Source: Nitrospirota bacterium
Lineage (GTDB): Bacteria > Nitrospirota > Thermodesulfovibrionia > Thermodesulfovibrionales > UBA9159
DNA length: 64,000 bases
Direction: 5' to 3'
Assembly (NCBI GenBank): GCA_963699545.1
Contig: CAVOUE010000010.1
Coordinates: forward strand, 64,001-128,000
Shown here: in pieces, positions 20,216 to 30,980 of the stretch
How the letters are laid out: every line of letters begins with the position of its first letter
Position numbering within the stretch: position 1 is the stretch's first letter
The notes under the pieces: generated by a model
Databases searched by the model: none
Seen by the model: only the letters and a program-made list of their open reading frames with translations
Told to the model about the DNA's origin: nothing
Position numbers and translations under genes: made by a program

Positions 20216-21018
20216 TAAGATCGCGCAGCCGCGATATCTTTTCGGGGATCTAAATGAAACCCCTTTTTAAAGAAACTCGCGCGCGATCGCACGGTTGCAT
20301 TGTTTCTTGATTTTGACGGCACATTAGTTCCCATTCGGCAAGACCCTGCAGAATGTTTCCTGTCTGAAAAGATAAAAAAACAGTTGCGCTCGCTGGCAGA
20401 CTCTGAACGCATCCGTCTGACGATTATGAGCGGGAGGTCTTTGTCCGACGTTAGGAAGAGGGTCGGTATACGTAAGATTTATTACGGCGGCAATCATGGA
20501 TTGGACATCACCGGCCCGAGTGCGAGATATACACACGCAAAAGCTTTATCTGCCAAACCTCTTATGAGGCATGTAAAGCATCTGCTCAAACGTGAGATAG
20601 CGGGTATTAAGGGCGCGTGGCTCGAAGATAAGAAATTTACGGTGAGCCTTCACTTCCGCACAGTGAAGAAAGGACATGTGCAATTACTTAAGAAATGTTT
20701 TTGTAGAGTTGCAAGTGAATTCCTGGAGGACAGATCACTGGGCGTAATCAAGGGAAAAAAGTCCTTGAACTGACGCCTGATTCAACGTGGAACAAGGGCA
20801 GTGCGGTCCTCTGGATTTTACGGCACTTCAAAGGTAAGTGGTTGCCCATCTATGTGGGTGACGACACAACCGACGAGGCGGCGTTTACGGCCCTTAAAGA
20901 AGGAGGCATTACTATACGGGTCGGAAAAGCGAAGAGTACCGGTGCGAAACACTATGTCAAAGGCTATTGGCAGATTCCGCAATTATTGGAACAAATTCAG
21001 GAGTACATCTCTGTATAG
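20202..21018 (+). CDS. otsB: Trehalose-6-phosphate phosphatase (frameshifted)
   Basis: FLDFDGTL, SGR, then WNKG and YVGDDTTDE in a shifted frame. Indels in T-run ~20265 and A-run ~20758. Confidence 0.82.
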
Positions 21019-21293
21019 CGAAGTCAAGCTATTCATAACCGTTCTTCAGGCCCAGAAGTGTGAAGAGACAGTGGACGGAGGTCAAACATGCTGGTCAAAT
21101 CTCAGGGTGGGGACTCCACAACGAAGATTGTTTTGAAAAAAAGACAGTAGCATGACAGCGTTTAATTTCTATAACTTTTTCAGAACCAAGGAGAACCGCT
21201 TGGTCTCCCGTCAAAGGGCACAAAATTAAAGATTATATCGATTTCTGATCGGACAGGTTGGAACGGTTTCCACAGTATTACATAATATTATTA

Positions 21294-22360
21294 TCATTCT
21301 TTTCTCGCGTTTACCTTCACAGAGTGGAGCCCTTTGGCCCCGTCAGGAAACGATCTGAACAACTTTCCCAGGAGAAATGAAGACTCCTGGACCTTGCCTG
21401 ACCTGTCGAACCCCCGAACGGTTATCGTGTACTCGCCCTCCTTCGAGGGTTTCCAGTCGTACCGCCAGAGTGTCCACGACCACTTCGAAAGCGGTGACTT
21501 GAGTTCTGCGTCATGCCATGATCTTTCATCGTCCGGAGAAACCTGAACCTTGCTTATGCCGTACCTGCCGCCAAAGGCGATCCCGCCGATAACGTAATTC
21601 CCGAGCGGTATCGTCTTTCCCTCCATCGGCATGAGGATATGCGATCTCACAGGAATGATCGCCTCATCGGACCATCCCCTCTTCTCCCAGTATCCCTTGA
21701 AATTGTAATTGACAAGCTCAATCTTCGAAAGCCATTTGACGTGCTTCATTCCATAAATGCCCGGAACAATCGCCCTTAGAGGATAGCCGTGCTGCTTTGG
21801 CAAGGGTTCTCCGTTCATCCTGGATGCGAGGAAGACGTCTTCCGCGAGCGATAAAGAATACGGGATGCTGTCAGTGTAACCATCATCCGCATAAAAGGCT
21901 GTCTTCACGATTCCCTTTTGCGGAACTGCCCTCTCTATGACCTTTCTCAGGGTCACACCATCCCACAGGGCATTGCTGATGGCATCGCCCCCGACCGGAT
22001 TGCCGATACACTCGAGCGTAACAAACTCGGTCTTGTCCCTCATCTCTTCGAGCTCCTTCAAACTGAGCGTATATGGCTTTTCGACGAGACCCTCGATCCT
22101 CAACCTGAATGCCGCAGGATCAATGGTCGGCACCGTATCTGAATAGGTGGTGATATAGAACTCGTTATTGGGAGTGATCTCTTTTGCCATAAATCCCATA
22201 AAATTTACCGAGCCTTTCATGAGAAGGGAATGTTTTTCCTCTTCGGTAACTGCCTCGGCATATTGATATATCCCATCGAAGACAGAAACTCCGAATCCCA
22301 GTCCTATGGTTCCTATGCCAAGGCCTCTGAAGAAATCTCTTCTGGTATAGTCTTTGTCAT
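21294..22360 (-). CDS. Tat-exported sulfite-oxidase-family molybdoenzyme
   Basis: TRRDFF Tat motif, TLECIGN, HGYPLR, GMKHVKWL. The RBS-preceded ATG at 22360 is one base out of frame (probable indel). Confidence 0.82.
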
Positions 22361-22449
22361 CTTGCCCTCCTGAATGTGCTGTTATTGAGAGAGCCTGAAA
22401 GTATTGTGTTCCAGTATACCGGGCTCCTCTCTGAAAGGAGGTGAAAGTC

Positions 22450-22668
22450 ATGTATTGGAATTACGGTTGGGGAATGGGATTCGGATGGATCTTTATGGCT
22501 ATTTTCCGGGTACTGGTCATCGCAGGAATTGTGTATCTTGTCAAACTGGTTGCTGTTCGCTCTGGGAAAAAGCAGGATACTGCGCTGGACATACTGAAGA
22601 AGAGGTATGCCGGAGGGGAGCTGACGAAGGAAGAATTTGACAGAATGAGGGATGACCTTATCAAGTAG
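22450..22668 (+). CDS. SHOCT-domain small membrane protein
   Basis: GWGMGFGW TM segment plus ALDILKKRYAGGELTKEEF. Confidence 0.8.
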   Translation: MYWNYGWGMGFGWIFMAIFRVLVIAGIVYLVKLVAVRSGKKQDTALDILKKRYAGGELTKEEFDRMRDDLIK

Positions 22669-22812
22669 TATTTGCCATCGCCGCTAAGGAGAAGATCGAA
22701 CGAGCGATGGGATCAGCAACTGCTGGAGACATAGCGATGAACTCGCGGACAAGAAGTGCCCTCTACGAGGTCATTATAAATCAAATTTTAGCCAGTCGTG
22801 TCTGCAGGCGGC

Positions 22813-23353
22813 CTAAAGCCAGTACTCAGGATATCTTCTGTTCTTCGAGAGGTTGTTCACCAGGAGAGCGACGATCAGAAGAACGAGGGCGCCGAGGCCG
22901 GCGGGGATAAAGGCATACAGGAAACCAAGGCTGTGAATTTTCTCCCCACCGATCACCGCGATCAATGCCGTTGCACCACCTGGTGGATGGAGCGTCTTCG
23001 TGATGAGCATCAGCCCAATGGCAAAGGCTACGCTCAGGGCCGCCGCGATCCAAAGGGTACCACCAAACAGTTGAAAGCACGCGACTCCGGTAAGACCCGA
23101 TATCACGTGGCCCCCTATCAGGTTGCGGGGCTGGGCAAGCGGGCTTTTGATAGCGGCGTAGACCAGTACGGCAGACGCTCCAAAAGAACCTATTAGCAAC
23201 GTCGAATCCGCAGGTTCAAAATAGTTCACTGACATATAACCACATATGCCGATTCCCATTGCAGAGCCGAGCCACGACCAAAGCACCTCTGTGAAACCGA
23301 CCGCCCGGGGGGCTCTTGGCGCCGCCCTTCATCTTTGCGATGTAATCCTTCAT
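22813..23353 (-). CDS. HPP-family membrane protein (frameshift near 23305)
   Basis: GSFGASAVL, SPLAQPRN, HPPGGATAL. ATG at 23353 overlaps the CBS gene stop. Confidence 0.85.
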
Positions 23354-23940
23354 CTCTTCCCCGTGGCCCTGACAATGTCGGCCCTTGAGATAATCCCGAT
23401 GAGCTTATTTTTCTTATCCACGACAGGGAGCCTTTTGATCCTCTTTTCATCCAGGATCTTCGCCACTTCTTTTATATCCGCGTCGGGCCTCGTGGTTATG
23501 GCAGGTGATGACATTATGTCACCCACAAGATGTCCTGACTTGCGCTCGGGCAACGGCTCCCCAAGGATGTGCCGCAGAATATCTCTGAAATTATGACCGT
23601 CCCTTATCCCCGTCATGGAAAGGATATCCGCTTCCGTGACAACGCCGAGGACACTGTTCTCCGCATCAACGACCGGAAGACCGCTGATCCTGTTTTCCGA
23701 AAGAAGCCTTGCCGCCTCCTGAATATCATCGTACTTCTTGAGCGCCACCACTTCTTTCGTCATTATCTCATCCACCAGGACCTTATCGACAAGCCGTTCC
23801 CTCGCATGTCTCAACGCAATAGTATAGATCTTCTTCAGGTCTTCCTCCGTGATATCCACATAGGCCTTTATCTCCTTCAGCGCAGCCCGGAGGTCTTCAT
23901 CTGAAATATCCACATCCCCTTGTTTTCCAGCCATTGGCAT
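23350..23940 (-). CDS. CBS-domain protein
   Basis: Two CBS repeats (ISGLPVVD, IKRLPVVD..GIISRADI). Confidence 0.85.
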   Translation of the reverse strand: MPMAGKQGDVDISDEDLRAALKEIKAYVDITEEDLKKIYTIALRHARERLVDKVLVDEIMTKEVVALKKYDDIQEAARLLSENRISGLPVVDAENSVLGVVTEADILSMTGIRDGHNFRDILRHILGEPLPERKSGHLVGDIMSSPAITTRPDADIKEVAKILDEKRIKRLPVVDKKNKLIGIISRADIVRATGKR

Positions 23941-24060
23941 ACACTCCTCTCCCGGTCGTGAGGGTTGCCACAGATTAGCCTTTCCCGCAGACCATCTGTT
24001 ATGATTTATATCACAAATGCGCGGGGATGGCAACGGCTGCCTGCAAACGGGATCTATCGA

Positions 24061-24741
24061 ATGACCAGAATAAAACTCACTGAAACAGGAATAGATGAGG
24101 CCGTCAATGAGGCGAGCGCGGTCTTACTGCGGGGCGGCATTGTCGCTTATCCTACCGAAACGTTCTATGCGATCGGGGTGAAGTTCGACATGCCGGAACC
24201 TCTGAAGCGGCTTTATGAACTTAAGAAGAGGCCTGCGGAGAAAGCTATGCCCGTCATCATCGGCCACAGGGGATTGCTTTCCGGGGTAGTATCGGAAGAA
24301 TGGCTCGCACATCTTCCCGGTCAAGCGCAGTCGCTCATGGAGAGTTTCTGGCCTGGCCCCCTCACCATGCTTTTCCCTGCGAAAAAAGGCCTCTCGGAAT
24401 TCCTCACTGCCGGTACCGGGATGATAGCGGTGAGAGTCCCGGGAGAATCCTTCGCCCTCCAACTGGCAAAAAAGGCGGGGTTCCCCTTTACGGCAACCAG
24501 TGCGAACCTCTCCGGCATGCCCCCGGCCGTAAATGCGGAGGAAATTATGCGCTCCTTTGGAGAACGCCTCGATCTCATCGTCGACGGCGGCCAAACTCCT
24601 GGCGGTCAGCCATCCACCATTGTTGGCGTATCAGGGGCCGGGATAAGGGTCGTTCGCGAGGGCGCCATACTCCGCAGGGAGATAGAACATTGCTTGCACA
24701 GGGAAGCGCTCAAGGGGAAGATAATTAAAGGCATGGGATGA
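24061..24741 (+). CDS. tsaC: L-threonylcarbamoyladenylate synthase (TsaC/Sua5)
   Basis: YPTETFY, KKRP, WPGPLT, TSANLSG, PSTIV. Confidence 0.9.
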   Translation: MTRIKLTETGIDEAVNEASAVLLRGGIVAYPTETFYAIGVKFDMPEPLKRLYELKKRPAEKAMPVIIGHRGLLSGVVSEEWLAHLPGQAQSLMESFWPGPLTMLFPAKKGLSEFLTAGTGMIAVRVPGESFALQLAKKAGFPFTATSANLSGMPPAVNAEEIMRSFGERLDLIVDGGQTPGGQPSTIVGVSGAGIRVVREGAILRREIEHCLHREALKGKIIKGMG

Positions 24742-26265
24742 TCCTTATATACCCCCCTGTCGCAAAACCCACCGAACCACCCCCGGGTATCGCACACCTC
24801 TCCGGAGCCTTGAACCGGCACGGGGTGAGCCATACCGTCCTTGACGCAAATATCGAAGGGCTCCTTCATATCCTGCGACAGCCTCACCATGCACCTCTTG
24901 ATCCGTCTGACAGGTGGACAGCACGCGCATTCCGCAATTGTGCAGACAATCTCTTTGCCCTGAAAAGACTTGGCACATACGACAATGCAGATCGCTACAG
25001 GAAGACCGTCCTCGAAGTGAACCGGGTCCTCCAGTCCTCGTCAGCGTCCACTGATATCGCCGTGGGTCTGGCAAACTACGAGGACAGTGAATTGTCCCCT
25101 TTAAGGAGCAGAGACCTTAACAGGGCCGCTGAAGATCCGGAACGAAACCCCTTTTATCCGTATTTCGAGAAAAGGCTCGCGGCGCTCATGGAGGAAAAAC
25201 GGCCGTCGGTTGTGGGGTTCTCTCTGAATTACCTGAGCCAGGCCCTCTGCACTTTTGCCATGGCAGGTTTCATCCGCAAGAACTTTCCGGGGGTTACCAT
25301 TGTTCTGGGCGGCGGACTGGTCACCTCGTGGATGAGAAGACCACACTGGAAGGATCCTTTTGGCGGGCTGGTGAACCATCTCGTTGCGGGACCGGGAGAA
25401 TATCCGCTGCTCTCCATGGCCGGTATTCATGATATCAAAAAGGACGTTACCCCGGATTATTCTTCCCTCACGGCCAATGACTACCTCTCTCCCGGCCTCA
25501 TCCTCCCTTACAGCGCTTCACGAGGATGTTTCTGGCACCGGTGCTCATTCTGTCCCGAAAGGGCCGAAGACAACCCCTATATTCCGGTTCCGGTGCCCCG
25601 GGTCGTCTCGGATATTCCCGAGCTTGCAAGAAAAACTAATTCAGTCCTGGTGCACTTTCTTGATAATGCGATGAGCATATCTCTCATGGGGGCGCTTTCA
25701 AAGACTGCCGGAGGTGTGCCGTGGTACGGTTTTGCCCGGATAAGCCGGGAACTCACGAATGGAGATTTTTGCGCTGCGCTGAAGCGCTCGGGATGCGTGA
25801 TGCTCAAGCTCGGTCTCGAATCCGGCGATCAGGGAGTGCTGGACGGGATGCAGAAGGGCATCGACATCGAGACCGCATCACAGGCATTGAAGACGTTGAA
25901 AAAGGCAGGGATCGCCGCGTATGTATATCTCCTCTTCGGTACCCCGTGGGAACGGCATCCTCGGCAAAAAGGACCTCGAGTTTACGGTGAGGCACAGGGA
26001 CGCGATCGGTTTCCTGAACCTCGCCATATTCAACATGCCTGTCTGCTGGTCTGGAGCTGAACAGCTTGAAACCCGCAGCTTCTATGATGCCGACCTTTCT
26101 CTGTATACCGATTTTCTTCACCCTGCGGGGTGGGACAGGAGACGGGTGCGATCCTTTCTTGAGAACGAGTTCAAGAGACAAAGGGATATCTCCTCCATCC
26201 TGAAAAAAGACCCTCCCCTGTTCACCTCGAACCACGCGCCTTTTTTTGTGATGAAAAGGGGGTGA
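24738..26265 (+). CDS. B12-binding radical SAM protein (frameshift near 25950)
   Basis: LIYPP N-terminus, IVLGGG, SRGCFWHRCSFC, GLESG, LLFGTP. C-terminus continues in ORF 25921..26265. Confidence 0.78.
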
Positions 26266-26391
26266 TATCGTGTCTATCCTGCTGATAGTAACGTTTCCGA
26301 CAAGGTAGGCTCTGAGATGTTTTCGGCACGGTTTGTCTTTCCGTAGCTGATACCGGCCTTGCAAAGGACTTAACATTTCTTGGGCAACCGA

Positions 26392-27366
26392 CTATTGAAT
26401 TCTGATCCGATAATGGAACAATTCTTTTAGAAAACTGAGCTTTTTCTTTTCATCTGCGAGTATATCAACGAGATTGAAATGCACGTCAATTTCCCTGTCT
26501 GTTTTTAGTTGTGCATATACCGCCTCAGTAAAGCAGCTTGCAAGATAAATTGTCAAACAGTGAGCATTCTCTGATTTTGCTTTTGCAAAAGATTTCTTAG
26601 CCTCACCCAATCGCGTCTGCGCTCCAGCCTTATCCATGCTGCCTTTGATTTCAATTGCAGCAATCAGCTTGTCTTTAGCATCTCTTATCGAAACATCAGG
26701 CTCATGCGAAAAAATAATCCGCCACAAATTTTTTAGGATGATATGAGTCTGTTTCTGACTTTTGCCTTTGATTTTTACAGCCTTTTTTTCTAAAGATTCA
26801 AAGAATCCTTTCTCATGGGCATAGTCATAAATAATGCCTTCAACAGCCTTTGCCGCTCCTTTTCCGATTACATTGACCCATGTTCCCTGAATTTCCGTTC
26901 CCACTTCAGCAATAAGAGCTTCTCTGGCCAGAGAAAGAGAGAATCCGTCAGTATCTATAACTATACTTGAGATAAGCTGATTCAATATTTTCGAGATTAG
27001 TTGAAGACGTGTTTCATGATTCTCTTTGCTTAACCGGGGCAGTTTCCCCGACAAAATTTGACTCAGCCCCTTTTGGGAAAGAGCCGCCAGGTTTCTGTAG
27101 TATTCAATTATTTCAGGACACGCTGCCAAAATTGTCGGATGGCAAAATACAAGGGCAGGGTTAACTGATATTCTTTGGACGATAGAGAGTGCCTCCCTGG
27201 ATATTCCGAGATGAGGAGAAGCCCAAGAAACTTTATTGGACGCACATTCTTCAACACGAGAAAAAATCTTGGTGAGGTTCTTCTTTTCAAGAATGGAATA
27301 GAAAAGCTTAGCTCTTGCTATGTAGGATTTTATTAAAGCATCCGACAAAGTATCTTTCCTTTTCAT
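26392..27366 (-). CDS. Type II restriction endonuclease, XcyI-like (PD-D/ExK)
   Basis: EPDVSI..AAIEIKG..RLGEAKKSFAKAK, coupled to the MTase, AT-rich. Confidence 0.7.
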   Translation of the reverse strand: MKRKDTLSDALIKSYIARAKLFYSILEKKNLTKIFSRVEECASNKVSWASPHLGISREALSIVQRISVNPALVFCHPTILAACPEIIEYYRNLAALSQKGLSQILSGKLPRLSKENHETRLQLISKILNQLISSIVIDTDGFSLSLAREALIAEVGTEIQGTWVNVIGKGAAKAVEGIIYDYAHEKGFFESLEKKAVKIKGKSQKQTHIILKNLWRIIFSHEPDVSIRDAKDKLIAAIEIKGSMDKAGAQTRLGEAKKSFAKAKSENAHCLTIYLASCFTEAVYAQLKTDREIDVHFNLVDILADEKKKLSFLKELFHYRIRIQ

Positions 27367-28829
27367 TGAATGAACTCACCACAACGCTTTGACCACACAT
27401 AGACGCATTTTCGCAATTCATTGCGCCCATATGCACCCATCTGCTGGCTGCTGTTTCCTTTGCCTCGCGGCAAGACCCAAATGCAATCAACCGTCAGCCC
27501 GGCGCTCTCAGCAAATTCAGAAAGGATCAAGTCTACAGGAATTTCTTCACCATGGTAACGAACATTGTCATTAACCATTATTATACGACCGCCCGGTGCG
27601 AGAACTCTCGAAAGTTCATGAATTATGAGATTCATCTCAAAAAAATAGTTCTCGATCATGTTGGGAATATTGTTATTATTTAGATCGCCTCTATTTCTCG
27701 CTTTATAAAGAAGCCCTAAGACCTCATGCAAAGCTTCCTGTTTATCGAAAGTCCGTACGGCAGAGTCAAAGAAGGCCTGCTTATTCCGTCGCTTATATTC
27801 AACAAATAATTGTTCCCGCTTGCTCTTGTTTTCAACTGTTGCAGAGAGAAGCGTCTGCCGTAAATTCTTTAGCGCTTCTTCGTCATAACCGATGAAAGCC
27901 AACTCGACTGCATATGTTCTGGTATAATCGTACCGATTACAATAGGGAGGCGAAGTCAGAATAAGGTCAAAAGAATCAGCAGCCAAATGAGGCAACTCCT
28001 TTAGGCAAGAGCCCTCGATTATTTTCACATTACGTGAGTAAGAGCCGCCGTTGCGCTGTTTAATGTCGTCCAGCATCATGTGCAATTTATTTGTTATTGC
28101 GTGTCTGAAATCCGGAATAACACCCTTATCAAAACTTGACTTTAGGTCGCGCTCCGACCGATAATCCCACCGAAGGTATTGCCCATCCTTCCGCGTAAAA
28201 CTCACTTCTTCGAGAATGGAAAGGCAGGCAAACCAAAAAAGGTAACGAACATCTTGCTCCCCAATTTCATTTAGAAATGTCATATAGGAAGCAATCGCCT
28301 GTTCTGTCGCTTTCCGGAAAGCCTTCTCGGTAATACGCAAATGCGGGAACTGGAAATCGCTTCCCGTCTTTTCCAATGGATACTCTTTAAATCTGAGCAA
28401 ATAGTTCTCAACCAACCGAATGTCGACCTTAGCCGCCTTCAGTCTGGCTTTCATTGCAGCAACGCCAACAGGCAAGAGTTCGATACCTGTAGCATTCCAG
28501 CCAGCTTTTGTTGCAGTGGTTAAAGTAGTGCCTGCACCGGCAAATGGATCCATAATCTTCGGCGCACCCTTCTTGACAGGCCGAAACCTTTGTATAAAAA
28601 AACGGACGAGTTCAGAAGAAAAGGCTTCTTTGTATTTCAGCCAGCGATAAAACGGCACATTTTTATTCGCTTGAAATGACACAATCGCCCTTGAAAGATC
28701 GCCATTAATACTTAACTTATCCGCATACTTCCGAAATAGAACCCTTCTCTTTTTATCGGTCCTCGGAATCGACGCTGGAATGATTGGCCGTTCAATTAAA
28801 GTGATATTCATGGAGCCACCTTTCATCAA
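27363..28829 (-). CDS. N4-cytosine-type DNA methyltransferase
   Basis: DPFAGAGTT (motif I) before TSPPYCNRYDY (motif IV). Confidence 0.85.
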   Translation of the reverse strand: MMKGGSMNITLIERPIIPASIPRTDKKRRVLFRKYADKLSINGDLSRAIVSFQANKNVPFYRWLKYKEAFSSELVRFFIQRFRPVKKGAPKIMDPFAGAGTTLTTATKAGWNATGIELLPVGVAAMKARLKAAKVDIRLVENYLLRFKEYPLEKTGSDFQFPHLRITEKAFRKATEQAIASYMTFLNEIGEQDVRYLFWFACLSILEEVSFTRKDGQYLRWDYRSERDLKSSFDKGVIPDFRHAITNKLHMMLDDIKQRNGGSYSRNVKIIEGSCLKELPHLAADSFDLILTSPPYCNRYDYTRTYAVELAFIGYDEEALKNLRQTLLSATVENKSKREQLFVEYKRRNKQAFFDSAVRTFDKQEALHEVLGLLYKARNRGDLNNNNIPNMIENYFFEMNLIIHELSRVLAPGGRIIMVNDNVRYHGEEIPVDLILSEFAESAGLTVDCIWVLPRGKGNSSQQMGAYGRNELRKCVYVWSKRCGEFIQ

Positions 28830-29146
28830 GATAGAACATTATAGCAAAATCAGTTCGACAAGTGCCGTAGACCTCTACGACCTCTCTCAGAGAACTTTCA
28901 TAAATCCAGTCCATCCCTCTTCAGCCTCTTTCTCAACCACGTCCGGTCGACACTGGAAAAGTCTTTGTAATTGCTTGATAACCAGGTCCCACACGAAGTC
29001 TCAATTCTTTTCATATGAATATGTAGCAAGCTTTCCTTTTGATACAAGGACCAGTCCGCGAAAAGCACAATCCTGATATATCCAAGCCGGATAACCACCG
29101 CAGTCGGCCTTCACACCGGCACCCTTGGACATGCTTGATTTCATAA

Positions 29147-29473
29147 TCATCTGCACTCCTCAGTAGTAGCCAAGTCGGTCAGGTCTTCATGTTCAAGACT
29201 TAGGGTTTCGGCGATGGACAAGGCCGACTTGTCATAAACTTCGAGGGTCCCTAAGAGGATATCGGCTTTTCTCAGGGCTCGCACGAGTTCTTCAAGGCGG
29301 TGAGTAACGACGTGAAAGACAAGACTTCCCCCATAATCCTCAGTCTCGTAGTTTGTCTCTATGCCGAGATTATCGGCAATTCTCTCAGCCCTTTCGAGCT
29401 GTGACGCCCTGGCCGCGAGAAGACCCAAGTCATTCTCCCTGAGATATATTGTGACATACAATCTGTTTGTCAA
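29147..29473 (-). CDS. Hypothetical protein
   Basis: 108-aa ORF with a GAGG RBS before TTG, no recognised motif. Confidence 0.55.
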   Translation of the reverse strand: MTNRLYVTIYLRENDLGLLAARASQLERAERIADNLGIETNYETEDYGGSLVFHVVTHRLEELVRALRKADILLGTLEVYDKSALSIAETLSLEHEDLTDLATTEECR

Positions 29474-29603
29474 TTATTATAGAACCTCCTTTCATTTAGG
29501 TAAAACTCAAAGAAAAGGTGAAAAGCCCCCATCCTTCTCCATCCGCTTCCCAATAACATGTGGTGAATGCCAAAAAGCCTTCGCCACATGCGCATGTTAT
29601 CGG

Positions 29604-30006
29604 TCACTTTCCGAAATACTTCAATATCCTCTCCCTATCCTCACTCTCCTTGTCACCCTTATAATAAAGCTCAATGAACTCTATCCTGTCCTCTTCTTCG
29701 TGATAGGCATAGATGACCCTTATCCCCGAATGCGACGCCCTTCCCCTTCAGCGCCTTGCAGGCGAACTTCTTGGCCTTATATATTTTCGGTGAATGGATG
29801 CCGAGATCGGATATGTGAAGGATCGCCCCGCTGTCTATCTTCTGCTTGTGAAATATATTCATCGCGACTTTAATGAACGTCTCCAAATCCTCCTCAAGAG
29901 AAGAGAACCGCTTAACAAGCTTCTTGAGGTCCTTCTCGAATTCCGGGACATGGGAAATCTCCTTGAACAGTTTCCCGACGAATGGACTGTAAAACGTCTC
30001 ACTCAT
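29604..30006 (-). CDS. RelE/HigB-like toxin (frameshift near 29737)
   Basis: EFEKDLKKL..KIYKAKK..KGKG joined to SGIRVIYAY..IELYYKGD in the shifted frame. Confidence 0.7.
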
Positions 30007-30792
30007 CCGTTCTCTTCCGCATACGCCCGCACGGAATAAGGCGGTGTGCGGTAAAAGACTGATTCATATTCGATGACCTCGCCGTCGTCGGTCGTAAGCC
30101 AGGGCACGTCTCCGTGGGAATAGGCGCTGATCTGGCTTCCGTTCATCTCGGAAAGCCTGTTCAGAACGTCGTCGATCACCTCGATCTCGCTTGCCTTGAA
30201 CTTCGTAAGGTCCGGTTTGTTTCGCGGCAGGTATTTCGTCTGGGGGTAGTTGAAATAGTCGCTCTTTACCTTCTCTATTTCCCCATTCTTGATCATCTGC
30301 TCCACGATCTTGGCAAACTCGATAGGCGTGGGACCATATTGATTCTTCATATACGTCGCGCCAATCAAGCTGCTCTTCATATTTTTCATAGAAGTCGAAA
30401 TCAATAAAATAGAGGAGCTTGTAGATGACCGTCTCGCCGATGTTAGGCTTCGAGCCGACCTTGTTAAGGATATACAGCAGCACTTCCTTGAACTTCTGAA
30501 GATTCTTTTGAGGCACACTGATCCGCATTCTGGGCTTGAGTTCCTTTTCTTCTTTTCCTTCATGCAGGCAGACTTCCGGCTCTTTCCCGGGATTGAGCAG
30601 GTCATCCACAGGTACATGAAATATCTGCGACAACTTGAGAAGCTCGTCGGTAGCGATCTTCCGTGCGCCGCTCTCGATTTGAGAGATGGCCGGACGGGGT
30701 AGTTTCATGCTCCTCGCCAGTGCATCCTGGCTCATTCCGGTCTTTTCCCTTAATTCCCTGATCCGGCGCCCTATTTTTCCATAAATATTCAT
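30003..30792 (-). CDS. XRE-HTH + DUF4065 (Panacea/SocA-like) antitoxin (frameshift near 30365)
   Basis: IRELREKTGMSQDALA HTH, then KLLYFIDF..GATY..YGPTP..SAYSHGDVPW. Confidence 0.8.
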
Positions 30793-30980
30793 TGAATTCC
30801 TCCCTTTATAACACCATACTATCATATGTAATGATTATCTGTCAATGTAATGTTTGATAAACTTACAAATTGGCAGGCGTCGATAAGAAGAATTCCGAGG
30901 CATGTGCACCTGTACAGTTCTACGGTTTTCTTTACCTTTTTTGCTATAATACAGCAATTTCAGGGAGAGTGGGAGAGGAA

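Noticed and set aside
29001-29003. In-frame TGA as selenocysteine
   Set aside because: No redox motif context or evident SECIS hairpin.
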